A DNA stretch of 64,000 nucleotides, taken from Nemertoderma westbladi. Taxonomy: Eukaryota > Animalia > Xenacoelomorpha. Below are positions 37,126 through 50,398 of this stretch, piece by piece. Location of the stretch: contig JAUCBJ010009040.1 of NCBI GenBank assembly GCA_032718475.1, positions 1-64,000 of the forward strand, given 5' to 3'. The number at the start of each line of letters is the position of its first letter. The first letter of the stretch is position 1. The notes beneath the pieces are model-generated. The model saw only the letters and a list, made by a program, of their open reading frames with translations. It was not told the DNA's origin and searched no databases. The translations under genes and the position numbers were made by a program.

Positions 37126-38284
37126 TGTAAAAGCTTTTGTGGATATAATCAGTCCCCTTGCCCGCAAAGTACCGTGTAGGTGTTTTAACGGACATAAAAG
37201 TCATTCTTCTGTATGTGTACTTTGGCGGACATAACAAGACACTAATGCCGCAATGCGTCAAATCCTCTAGCACAGTGTAGCTTTGATGATTCGGATTACG
37301 ACATCTACCAGCTGGTTAGCTGGCATGGAAATGGCCGTTGGATCTATGGTTCTTTGTTCAGCTTAACAGCCAATTAGGGCGATTTTCACTTTATGCATGG
37401 AGATACTCTGCAGATCGTACTGGGCGAGTTCAGTATTGGTTTTTCCTATGCCAAGAACACCGGCTTTAGAATCATTCTGTTTTCAGACTTTAGCAAAACA
37501 TTAGTAGGCTTAGATTATAGAAACGTATAACTGTTATCAAGTCAAGTCACACCACGGCACATATCTTAACATACCTCACTCATATTGTCAAACTTTTTAC
37601 CGCATTATTTTACTGCTATTTACTGTTGGTTATTAATTGTATCAGTTGATTGAATATTGTTATACTTGGAGAATATCGATAAATAACCCAAAAATCCCAA
37701 TCTTCTTGATACACTAAAGGTTAGAGAGACCGGTCACATATAGCAATTGCGACTTATATTATCGTGGTTTTGGAGTGAATCTAATGCTATTTCATAGATA
37801 CTACATGAGTCCATTGCTGTTCTCTTTATGTATGGTCAAATTCAGTGACTGTCAGCAAATCAGTGTGCAGTAGTGCGGTAGCGGTAGTGTGCAAGAGTGA
37901 TTGATAACTAAGCATCTCCTAAAGAATTAGCCTTATACGTGAATCATAAGCAGTACCGTTGTGTTTAGTATAAGTCATAGCTCTTTTTACATAGTTAGAA
38001 CGCCACGTCCTAAAGGAACTGTCAATATTTCCCGAAAGTGAATAATATTTGTCAGAGATTATATATCAACGATCAATCGAATAATACAGTAGGCTTACAC
38101 CGCAATAAGGTCTAAGCATCCGAATCCAGTCTCCCGGGTATATCCAGCGGGTGAATGATCGCGCATTGGCTGGCTTTGGCTAATGTAGTGCATCAAATAT
38201 TGTCATAGGCTAAAGTCGATTTATAAACTAAAAGACATATAAATTTGGCAGGTTAAACTGCTGAAGGTCTTAAAAGCGCGAACA
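37126..38284 (+). repeat. 3' LTR of Bel/Pao copy 1
   Basis: Direct repeat of 22850-24008, followed by TSD GTTTC. Confidence 0.95.
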
Positions 38285-38608
38285 GTTTCTTTGATTTATG
38301 AATAATGCGAATATCATAGAGTTAACTTAATCAAATGTGGTTTGAAACTGATTGGTTGCAGGTACAGCTTGTTTTTCTTAAGTTTTCTGACACCACCTCC
38401 CTTGTGAAATTGTTTAAATATTTGAACAACAACATTAAAATTATATAGATAGTTTGTTGAATTTGTGTAAAATAGTCGGTTTAAATACTTATAATTCTAC
38501 AACTATTTTATTCACAACATACTATTTATAAAATAATTCAAGAATTGCTCTTTGCTTTTATAACAGTATCTAGTAGTTTTCATTTATAATTTTTAGTATG
38601 TTATATTT

Positions 38609-39226
38609 CGATGGTGTTTTATCATAACCACTCAACAATCAAAAACCTAATTGTTCAGGGGAGCATTTTTCTACATTCTAATTCCCCTACGGTACCTAAG
38701 AGATAATTTTTGGTTTCATAAGGTAGATAATAAATCTTTCATGCGGTAAAACACCACAATTAGGATTTTTAGTGACATTTAACCAATTTAACCAATTTAT
38801 CAATGTTTTTTTAGGATTTGAGTGGTTATGCAAAAAATTTTCACTTAAATCAAGATTTTTCATAACGGCATATCTATTAATATGTTAGGCATACGAACAA
38901 AACAATCAGTGAAATCTGTCCGAGACAGTATTTTCATGAACTGCTAACTATCTGTCCTCCTATCCATCACCTTCGGCTCCATAAAACCTGGACTTCATGA
39001 CCAATACAATGCATTGTTTGAACAAACACAATTACCGGTATTCAATTAAATGGCAATTAAAAATGTAAAATATTTAATTATTCTGAAATCTGAAAAATCA
39101 GTCATGTAAAGAAGTACTTGTAGTAGTTACAATTCGAATTTGCCGCCCATTGATAGTATATTGAGTCTGTAAGGGACGAGTTTCAATCACCATCTCTTTA
39201 TCTGTAATGATGGGCTATGGGTTTAA
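38609..39226. mobile_element. Truncated copy of the Sola1-like MITE (see 60417-61244)
   Basis: Starts attt|CGATGGTGTTTTATCATAACCACTCAA. Homology to the right-arm copy stops at TTAA 39223-39226. Confidence 0.6.
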
Positions 39227-40700
39227 CCCTATTAAACCCGGGGGGGGGGGTCAATATGACCCCCCCCGTGGTTTTTTTATTATAATTCTAAAACAAACGC
39301 AGTTTGGAATCTGAAATTTTATGACTTTTCCTAAAAATCTATTGTCTTCCTAGTTTTCAAAAATATTGGGTAGTTTTCGAGTTATAGCACCATTTTTTAA
39401 CCCTACTTTTGGCACTATTTTTGAGACGTTTTTTGAAAATTACATTTCATTAAATATTAATTGTAACATCTCTATTTTTGATTTACACCGGTTTTTTGGT
39501 GTTAGCAATTCGATGGAATTCATATAAATTGTTTTAGAAATTTCAAACTTGTTCTTTTCGCGGGTGCCAAATTTTGGTGCCAGCACCAAATTTTGAAATA
39601 TGTCAATTTTATAAATTGATTGTTTGAAACTTGTTTTTTACGCAATTGGGTTTTTTGGGGTTCTGGTTTCGATGAAATATATACGAGTTGCACCAAGCGT
39701 ATCAAACTTGTATTTTTCGGTGCTGTGTGCAAATTTTGGTGCTAGCACGAAATTTTAAAAATCCATTCAATATATAAATTGCTTGTGACAATTTATTTAA
39801 TGAATTTTAGAGGTTTATGGCTGTTCTGAATTCAATGGAATATATAATTATCAAACTAGACATCTCAAACTTGTATTTTTCGGAAGTGGGTGCAAAATGT
39901 GGTGCTAGCACCAAATTTTGAAAACCATCATATATATCAATTAATTGTGTCATCTTGTTTCTTGCGTTATACGGGTTTGTTAGGGTTCTGAATTCAATGG
40001 AATTAGTAAAAATTTCATAAGAGTTTTCAAACTTGTATTTTTCGCCGGTGGGTAAAAATTGTTGTGCCAGCACCAAATTTTGGAAAATGAGTAAATTGAT
40101 CAGTAGATAGTATCATCTTGATTCTTGCGTTATACGGGTTTTTGAGGGTCCTGAATCCGATGGAATCAATGAAAACAGCACTGGACATCGCAAACTTGTA
40201 TTTTTTGGTTATGGGTACGAAATTTAGTGCTAGCACCAAAATTTGCCAAATTACGCCGAAAAATACAAGTAGCAATGATCTGGCATATTTGAAATGTATT
40301 CCATTAGAATCAGCGCCCAAGAAAACCTAAAACTGTGCATTTATAGCATCGTATAAGTGAATTGAAAATTTTGTGTTCTAACTGAAAAGTGCTGGTTACT
40401 TGTTTTTTTCATTTTTTTCCTATGCATAGAGGACTAAACAGGATTTATGGTAATCTTATCATTTTTAAATATTTTCCAATGTATTTTGCGCTCCAGAAAA
40501 TCTGTATTGAAAAACAATTAGCCGAAAAATGTAACTTTCAAATTTTGTAAAAATTGTGCACTACTTGTAATTTTCGTGCTGCAATATTACCTCCCCAGTA
40601 CATTTTTTTGAAAATTTTTTTTTTCGGTCGGATCCAGACTAGTGATACCTACGTACAAACAAAAAATCAGACGTTTTCGTTAATACAGTCGGGGTCTCAA
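39227..40700. mobile_element. piggyBac-like non-autonomous element, left end only (right boundary approximate)
   Basis: ttaa|CCCTATTAAACCCGGG(n)TCAATATGACCCCCC terminus at a TTAA that is uninterrupted in the other arm. Internal ~120-bp degenerate repeats contain GGTGCTAGCACCAAATTTT. No matching right TIR was seen. Confidence 0.55.
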
Positions 40701-41100
40701 AGTGCATCTGTTGTTTTCTAAAAGTGTCTAAAAGTCATTACATTACTCCCAACGGCCGCTTTGAATTCTTGTAGACACTTTTAGTTGGGAATCTCAAAGT
40801 GATTTCCTACTTTTAGGCACTTTTAATTCTTTGAATTCTTTGAGAAATATCACTTTGAGGTAATTTACGACACTTTGAATTCTTTGAGAAAATCAACTCC
40901 GAGGTATTCCTGATTGACAGCTCGTGGTAACACAGGTAAAGGCACACTTGGGGAACAATATCCTGCGGGCAAGAAAGTGATACTTGGGTGTTACCTTGCC
41001 AGTTGTAGCCTAAGCTGTTCCCATTAATTACATTATATACATACATACATTATAGTATGTTGTTTAGTTATAATCAGAATGTTATTCTGTAATAGGTTTT

Positions 41101-41457
41101 ACAGACCCAATTATAAAGACCTGCATAATCTTGTTACATGTGTTAACTTTCGTTAATTGTTTTGAATCCCCCGTCACGCCTCTGTAACTTGCTCCTTTAC
41201 TAACCTGCTCCTTTAAATAGCAATGGTACATAACGCTCATTGTGACCTGTACAAAACAAAGAGGTAAAGTCGCGTTACGTCTCAAAGAGCGTTAGGTTCC
41301 AAAGAGCTTTAGGACCCATTGCCAGAGAGCGTGAGGTCACATTGCCATTTAAAGGAGCAGGTTAGTAAAGAAACAGGTTACAGAGGCGTGTTGGGGAACC
41401 AAAACAATAAACGAAAGTTAACACATGTCAGCACAGGTCTTTATTATTTGGGTCGTT
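41101..41457. repeat. Degenerate inverted repeat (old foldback MITE)
   Basis: CTTTACTAACCTGCTCCTTTAAAT (41196-41219) pairs with ATTTAAAGGAGCAGGTTAGTAAAG (41347-41370). Imperfect pairing extends to ~150-bp arms. Confidence 0.65.
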
Positions 41458-42659
41458 GGTCTTTGTTTTGTAGTCACTCCACACTGCGGTGTTGCGTGGG
41501 GGCCACCAATCCACCCTCCCACACTCAACTCCCAACTTCCTGGACACTAGGATACTGAGTGAAAGCGTCTGAAACTACTACAGGAACACCATGACAGACT
41601 ATGGGCTAGCGACTAGGGACTGGCGCCCTTGAACATGTAAACTGTAGTACCTACTGTACCACCTACCTTAAAGTGACCTGTGGGACCAGCCCATTATTAG
41701 TGAGGTCGGCATTTCTCTTTATCCTGCCGCTCTCTTTGTATTACAATAGCATACAGCTAACCAATGGCAATGGTCTACCCCCAGTGCGGGAAAGACAAGC
41801 TGGCTACCATTGAAATGAATAGGGGGGGGGGGGGGGGGGGGGGGATAATATGGTGTGTTCGTGTTCCCATCCTAATGTCTGTCGTCTTGGCTCAGCTAAG
41901 CTTAAACAGAGCCACAGCCTACAATAGAGCTTTACCTAAATACACTTCCAGTGAGCCAAGCAGCAGTGGCGGGTTAGCTCCAAAATGCCCATGTAGGATT
42001 TCTTCGAAAAAGGACCAATTGGTTGAGTTACGAGTTACAGTGAAAAAGTATTCATGATTAGATTTTGCGTCCAGTTTAATAAAAATGAAAACAGGATTCA
42101 CATTCCGAATTATCTACTAATTTCCCCCCCCCCCCCCCCCCCCCATGCACACTCACCATATAGGCCCAAGTATGATTCACACATGACCTTACATAGCCAT
42201 CACACCTCTCCTGAGCCACGGTAAATAATATTAAATCCAGCGAACTTCTAATTAACTCCAGCGAAATTAATTATCAATATATTAATTATATTCAACGCAG
42301 ATACACAGATAAAACACAATAATTATTTATTACATGGGAAAAAAAGTTAAAATGTTTTCACTATTAATTCTCGAGGCATTATATTTACCGTGTGCGAGCG
42401 AGGTTAATAAAGGGTCAAGAAAATATTGAAAATAAAAATGTTCTATGTTTACCTTGCAAAATGACTTGAATTAACTGGCTGTGATTGACAAGCCAACTTG
42501 CCTCAGAAGTTTCTTTCATGAATGCCGCAATTTATATTTGGCCATTTTGGTCGTTGTGGCCGCCAAAATGACCAAGTTAATGTTTATTGGGATTGGGACT
42601 GTAAGTATTGGAAATTAACACTTCTTATTATAACTGTAATGTAGTAGAATTTTAGTAGT

Positions 42660-42915
42660 ACTGTACCACTGTCTGTACCACTGTCTGCGCCACTGTCTGC
42701 ACCACTGTCTGCACTACTTTCTTCACCAGTGTCTGTACCAGTGTCTTCAACACTGTCTGTACCACTGTCTGCGCCACTGTCTGCATCACTGTCTGCACCA
42801 GCGTCTGCACCACTGTCTGCACCACTGCCTGAACCACTGTCTTCACCAGTGTCTGTACCACTGTCTGTACCACTGTCTGCACCACTGTCTGCACCAGTGT
42901 CTGCACCACTGTCTG
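42660..42915. repeat. 12-bp minisatellite (CACCACTGTCTG)
   Basis: About 21 direct units; the source of the spurious QTVV / APLS ORFs. Confidence 0.9.
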
Positions 42916-43217
42916 CCCCACGGCCACGAACGTGTCGTTCTGTCGTTCTGTCGCGTTTTTTTTTCAGAATTTTATTTTAAACGTTAATAACTCGGCCAAT
43001 CCTTGATGAAATCTATCCAAACTTGGTACACATGTTATTTGGCAAAAGTTTGAAAATTTTCCAAGTAGAATTTGCGTGGGGCCTTCGTGCAGCAGCAGTG
43101 TAACTGTTATTGCAGTTATAATAAATTAATTTATCCAAAATTAAAATGCGTTAAATTATTATTAATGTAGGATAAATCAGCTGGGTTTCTGACAAATTTT
43201 GCAATACTGTACATCTA

Positions 43218-44995
43218 CCCAGTAAAAAAACCGCATTCGTAACGCATGGGATGGCGCATATTTCACGCATTCGTAACGCATTCTGAAATGTTACATAGAT
43301 GAACCATGCGATACGAATGCGAAAACCGAACCAAATATGCATCCTTTATTCGCATATGTATTTATTTGTTCGTATGATACCTTTATTCGTATGTTATACG
43401 AACCTTATTCGAATTCCGCACATTCTACGAATGCATCCCTAATCTTATACGAATGTTTCCCGCATACTATACGAATGCGTCCCGCATGTTATATACGAAT
43501 GTTTCCCACGCTATACGAATGCGTTACGAATGTTTTACGAGTGTTATACGAATGTTTACCGCAGGATTTTTATTTTTTTTATTATTTCGCTACAGTTTAC
43601 ATAGTTTTAACAGTTTACAACTGTTAAAACGTGTCCATTTTATTTTATTTTTTTAAATATACTTGAAATTCCGAAACGAATATGAAAGCCATTTTCAATT
43701 TCCCCAAAAAAATGTTCAGATATAATTCAAGAGCACGCAATTTCAGACATAATTCGTTATAGTTCTGATGATTTTATTATCTAGAATATTAATTTCAAGC
43801 TATTAATTAATTTAATTAATCTTATTAATTATTATTGATGGTTTATTATTTTTTAAGATATTTTATTATTATTTTATTTTATTATTATATTATATTAGTT
43901 TATTATTATATATATATTTTATTACTTATTATCGAAAAAAAAGCGAATTAATATTCTAGAATATAGTAAAAAAAACATTGAAATTATGTTGATGCATCTC
44001 ATAAAATTTATGCCTTTGATGTATTTTGTCTGTAAGATTTTTTTACCATTAATATGTGTAGGGCCTACTGTAGTAGTTACCGGTAATTAACTGCTACAGT
44101 TATCAGTAGACTTTTTAATGGCGTTTTATAGCGAATTAAACAAATTCGACCTGGAGGCCTAAGAAACTGTGTGAGAATATCACCATCCACACGTACAATT
44201 TAATAAAAATGCCACATGCTTTATAATATGTATTGGTACTGTACTGTAGGCCAGGTGAGATAAATAATGACAACAAAAAACTACTGTAATAACTTTGGGA
44301 AATGAGTACTACTGTACAGGGGCTAAAACTACGGGTGGGGGGGGGGGGGGGGTGCCTAGTGCCTACATACTATAAGTATGCCTATACTGCAGTTCCTTAA
44401 GTTAATACAGTAGTTTTATGTTGTCATTAATGATCTCACCTAGCCTACAGTACATTACCTTTACATTATTACAGTATATCAAGCATGTTGGTAAAGGGAA
44501 CAGTTTTACATACCAAAATAATGGGGAACCAAAATAATAAACGGGAGTTAAGAATTACTGGGTAACCCATTAAATAAATATATAGTAAAAGTACATGGGA
44601 CTGGCTGACTGGTAACAAAGGGGGAGAGCTACTAACTAATAACACTACAGTATGTTCGATTATTTGCCGAATAGTGATTGACCAGTATTACAGTCTGTAC
44701 GGTACTCTAATTGAGAGTGCTTTGCATGCGTATCGCATGCGTCTCGAATGGACCACAAATAATATTAAGCGTGGCGTGGCTAAGCATTCGTATCGCATGT
44801 GCCACGAATGATGAGCCACGAATATATTTACAAGTGAAAAATCACATGCGATACGAATACTATACACATTCGTTAAATTATTCGGACTGACGAACCATTG
44901 ACGAAGGCTTCACGAATCTTAAATAACATTGCACGCACCTTTTACGAATGCTGCATGTGGCACGAATGCGTTACGCATGGGGATTTTTTACTGGG
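43218..44995. mobile_element. Non-autonomous CMC/EnSpm-type DNA transposon
   Basis: ta|CCCAGTAAAAAAACCGCATTCGTAACGCAT ... ATGCGTTACGCATGGGGATTTTTTACTGGG|ta, with many subterminal TACGAATG repeats. Confidence 0.8.
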
Positions 44996-45977
44996 TATGT
45001 ACCATGTGTACCGGTACTGTCAGGCTGTACTTAATCCCTGAATCAAGAATTCTGCAATCAGTCAATACTGCAATACTGGTCAGTCGGTACCATACACTGC
45101 AGACATGCCATATCATGTAATCTAATTAAACATGGCCCCGGCAATCCTTGCGGTGATTATAGTTTAGGCCTAATTAGCCCAGTACCGGTAATAATAATAT
45201 AATAGTTTAGATAGTTACCGCTAATCATTCAGTCATTGGCACGGAGCACCGTATTGCTGTACTGCCGTTGTAGTGCGCACTGTAGGTACCACCCTACTAC
45301 CGGTACCGGCTGACCGGTGTCAACTAGCACTTCAGCACTTGCACTGTTGCACAGCAACAGCTCTACTGACGATACACAGGTTGGAATTTATGTAGAGTTT
45401 GCTCAACAGTACAGATATAAAATAGTTATCTAAATTATCTATATTACTATTGACAAGTATTGAAATATATACCGTTATTCGTGTTATCAGTATTTGCAAC
45501 ATCTGACATTGAAGAGGTGAGAGAAGATGAATACTGGAATACCGGCACTCTACAAAACCAACGCTTATCACAGGTCAGTATGGTTACTTCGAAACCGGCG
45601 CGACTGTCCACTCGAATACAACTTCAAAACACAAACGCCAATAATAAACTGAAAGCGAATCGAACGTCTTCAGAAGAATCTGTCATTGGGACGAAGAAAA
45701 GGAAGCCGAAACCACGGGAATGGACCACAGCTAAGATTTAATGCTCCCATTGTCAGAGTTCCTGGACCGAAATTGAAACACCAATTGCCGATGGGCTTGA
45801 TCTCTCAAACCAAAACTTCCTCTGTGGGGTTTGCGCGGCAGTAAAGATTGAAAGTCTGGAAGCTGGCATCCATAGGTATTATTATTATAAAGAGCGTCAG
45901 CATGCGTTTAATAAATATATTTTAATACAATACAGGTCGAACGCAAAGAGGCTTATAATGAAGACGAGTACTGCATT

Positions 45978-47136
45978 TGTTTGCGCTTTTAAGACCTTTG
46001 ACAGTTTAACCTGCCAAATTAGGATGTCTTTTAGATGATATATAGTCTTTAGCCTATGACGAGTATTTGATACACTACATTAGCCGAAGCCAGTCTATGC
46101 GCAATCATTCACCCGCTGGATATACCCGGGAGACTGAATTCGGAAGCTTAATGATTGATGGTGTAAGCCTACCGTATTATTCGACTGATCGTAATATATA
46201 ATCTCTGACAAATATTATTCACTTTCGGGAAATATTAACAGTTCCTTTAGGACGTGGCGCTCTAATTATGTAAACAGAGTTATGACTTAAACTAGACACA
46301 ACGAAAAGGCTATAGATTCACGTATATGGCGCATTCTTTAGGAGATGCTTTGTTATCAGTTACAATCATACACAATGCTGCACAATGCTGCACACCAATC
46401 TGCCGACCTTCACTAATTTTAGTCACATACAAAGAGAATAACAGACAATACATGTAGGGCCTATAAAATAGCATTAGATTCACTTCAAACCACTTAACAT
46501 AGGTCGCAATCGTTTATCTGTAACCGGTCTCTCTAACCTTTAGTATATCAAGAAGGTTGGGTGTCTGACTATTGATCAGTATTCCAAATATAATCTTCCA
46601 TCAACAAATATAATGAATAGCCGACAGCAAAAGCAGTAATGTTAAGTAAGATATGCATGATATGTTTAGGTAAGCATCGATAATGTAACTCGATAACAGA
46701 TATACGTTCTATAATTAAGCCTACTAATGTAAGACTAAAGACTGAAACACGGAGGTGCCAAAAGCCGGTGTTCTTAGGCTCTGGGCAAAAACATAACACT
46801 GAATTCCTGAGTTTCTGTATCCACCTCCAACACAGAGACAAAAAACGCTCTGATTGGTCGACCGAACAACGAGAGAACAAAGAAACAAAGAAATGTCGAC
46901 GTGGCAATATCAGCTGTTAGCCGTCGTCATGGTAGCGACACTGTTTTCAAGAGTATCGAGCTTATTGCGTCCCGAAATTGCGGATTATGTCCTCTAAAGT
47001 ACAAATACAGAAGAAATGGCTTTTATGTCCTCTAAAACACCAGTACAGTAAGGACACGGCCTTTTTATGCCCAGTAAACCAACTACAGAGTACTTTACGG
47101 GGAAAATAACCGGCTAATTACGCAAAAGCTTTTACA
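45978..47136 (-). repeat. 3' LTR of Bel/Pao copy 2
   Basis: Direct repeat of 57614-58769 with about 8 substitutions and 3 single-base indels by eye. Confidence 0.95.
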
Positions 47137-50100
47137 CCGCTCCCAGAAAATGGGATTTAAGTCTATAAAATATAACAAATCACAGTTTCTAAAATATAAA
47201 GATACTCTAAACAGTTAGTCTTTCTTACACAGACGGCGTTTACGCAGTTTTTTGAGGCTAGCAAGAGTCCTTTTCTCTTTGGGGCGAGCCACTTTACTAG
47301 GAGGGCTATAAATCCTGGGTGAAGGGTGCAATATGATTGCATCAGAAGGTGTAGGATTATGGTCGGGGTATCCGCCGTTTCGATATGCTTCTCCTCGAGC
47401 TGATTTTCCTCCGCTCGTAGCTGGATACGTTCATCCAAAAACTCTCGCAGAGAATGGGGTTGTCTAAGTTCGATATCTTCTTAGAGATTCTGGATTTCAC
47501 AATCGAACTGAGATAAAGACAATTCGTTTATCGCTTGGACTTGCTGTTACAACTTACGTTTATCTGAACAAACGCAGGTTTCCTTTCTGATCTTTGTAGA
47601 ATAGCGTTTAACTCGTTTGGTACAACGTTCTCCGCCACTTTGGTGACAGGTTATATCGTGTTAAGCCGGGACGGGACGATGGTAAGGGTTAAACGGCGAT
47701 ATTAAATGTCCGCGTCCCAATCCGGCTAGGTAGAATGGGCTAGTATCTAGGAAGCCCACAACTGGGGTGCCACCGACTAATTGTTCAGGTAACACTAGAT
47801 CTTTGAGCAGTGAGTACAGCTCGGGAGGATCCGTCATACTAATAGGATCAAGAGTCTGAAGTCTCACTAGGGAATGAGGAGTTCTGATCGAGTATTCCGA
47901 AACTCTGATCATTGGTTTATTTAAGGATCGTCTGAGTCGAATGAGCGTAGGTGATACATCGAACAAGTTTCGCTCGAAACTCCCGTAAGTATAGCGAGTA
48001 AAACCGTGTTTAAAGCAACGTCTCCGCGGATGTTTATGTCTTTCCGTTTGTTGGTTGGGTCTTGGGCATTCATCGCAATAATACCAAAAACGCACGTCTT
48101 GTAGGGGAAACGCGAGTGATCTTTCTCCAGCTTACAATATTCCTCCATCCGTTCGAAGCTATCCGGTACAACAGGTAGCGATCGATCGGCGGTAAGATAC
48201 ATCATAGTGGAATAGAGCCGTTTGAGTTCTACCATGCGGTCATGATGTATACCTTGAGGATATCGAGTTTCTAGATTCTGTTGACTGGTAATATCGAGAT
48301 AGGTTTCTCTCAAGAATTCCAGGTATTTGGTGGAGTCGCTGCATTTATCCGGCTCTTCGACATCTGCACTTTCGAGTCGGTTTCGAATAGAATTTTCGTG
48401 TTCGAGTCTCAGTTTATCGTTCCGCTTCCGCTGGGTATGATATTTAAATAAACCATTTCCCTTTGGTGTCTATATCGTTCGTATCGTGTAGGTCGATAGG
48501 ATGACCAGTAGTTAAGAAGTCCATATACGTACCATTACGATGCGTATAGCGAGCGGTGAATTTTCTACAGTCTAACCCACGCGCAAGTTGCTCCCGGGAC
48601 ATTGGCGGTTAGATATAACGACCATCGTCCTCCGTAGTAGTTGGACCAGCGTCGCCGCGTATCAAGCTATCAACAAACGCTTGTAAAGGTAGAGTATATC
48701 GTTCCCTGATACCAAGATCATCTTCTATCAACTCAATCATATCTGCTATATAAGTTTATCCATATTATAATCGCGTTTACTATTTAGGCGAGCGGGCGTC
48801 GCTGCCTACCCCTCTCTGCCCCCGGACAGTGCGAGATCCTCAGCGCTGGTGTACTTTCGCCGATGTGCCTATCGCCAACGTCGTAGCTGCACAACGACTA
48901 CAACAACCAGCACGAGCCACTCCACCGTCCGTCCCAAAGGCTTAGATATACTTCAGGTTCTTACTGGAGAGTTAGGGTTACTTTCACAATTGCGACTCGC
49001 TACTGTAAACACACCTTAGTAGTAACATTCACCTACAAACGCACAAATTCCACGTAACTGTCACAAATTGTACACATTCTATCACACATTCGGGTCATTT
49101 GTCTGTTAGTCAAGTGCCTTCCAGAATGTCACGTTGTTATTATGTATCCTTGGATACTAGCGGTGTGCTATTTATTCCGTATGCTATTCAATACGCAAGC
49201 CCTTTATTGTTCTTTTAACTCACTTCTAATTCTAGCGTGGTTGTTGCCATGGTGACATTATGGAAAGCTAGCGGTAGAATTAGGGTAATTCTCATGCATA
49301 CAGATCTGGGATGCTATTTAATAGTAATTCTTTAATTGTCAATATCCTCTCTATATATGATTTTATGAATTTTATCGGCTATTGACTATACATTGGAGAT
49401 TCTCATACACAAATACACTTAATATAGTGAATCTCCGCTCCCATGATCTATTAATTAATGGAATTTTGGGAATGTTATAAATTGTATAAAATTGCAATTT
49501 ATTAAATTCATTAAAGTATGAATTTAAATTTATTCCCTGAAATTTTATTATTTGATAGTTAAATTGACACAATTTGATTCCAGAGCAGGTCTGGGGACAT
49601 AGGATCCTTAATTCTATGAAAATTGTCTTTTAAGAGTATCGGTAAGTGCTACGATATCTTAATCGACTAGAATTGTTAAAGGATCTGAATTTTACAGATT
49701 TTGATTTATAGATTTGTAAATATTAAATAATTAATATTTGAGATGGGCACCAATTTATTCCAGAACTTGTCTGGGGACGTTAACCACTGATTCTAGAATT
49801 TTGTCTTTCAAGTATATCGTTGGGTGACGCGATATCTTAATCGACTAGAATTGCAGATGGTCAAAGGGTTTAACAGATTTATTTTGCGTTATACGCTACT
49901 GTTAAAGGGACATCACGCTACTATATGTATTATTTAATATACGGTATGAGAGCAATATCGCACGAAGCAATGTCAGTGTGAAGAGGCAAGTCGTTTCCAA
50001 GGTCTACCCAGAGCTTGGTTTAGCCGAGACACGAGGAGCTGAACTTTGCATTCCTAATACTCTGCCTACCAATAATACTTGAATATAGTAGTGGCTTTAT

Positions 50101-50398
50101 TGTACTTTAATAAGTACGGACATTTCATCTTACTGTAGTTACGTATTCGTAATGTAATACGGGCAGCAAGGAAAGAGAAAAAGAATTATTTCTCGCCGTC
50201 GCACTAAATATAATATATAAGTAATTAAGTAATAAACACTAATATATTGCACTAATCTACTAAATAATCACTAAATAACATTCTACTAAATAAAATTAAA
50301 GAAAACGATTATAATAAAATTACATAATAATACATACATAATATAAAATAATAAAATAAATATAAAATAATGTAGTCACACACCCACTCCGTATGTTG

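Larger units (their letters stand above)
22850..38284 (+). mobile_element. Full-length (15.4 kb) decayed Bel/Pao LTR retrotransposon, copy 1
   Basis: Two 1159-bp TG...CA LTRs, 5-bp TSD GTTTC, and gag-PR-RT-RH-IN order with Bel/Pao-type motifs. The empty site is visible at ~61565-61569 in the opposite arm. Confidence 0.95.

Noticed and set aside
42652-42980. Repetitive QTVV / APLS ORFs
   Set aside because: Translations of a 12-bp minisatellite.
46569-46907. LTR-encoded 112-aa ORF (also 58205-58540)
   Set aside because: Not open in the copy-1 LTR; recurs only because LTRs are duplicated.
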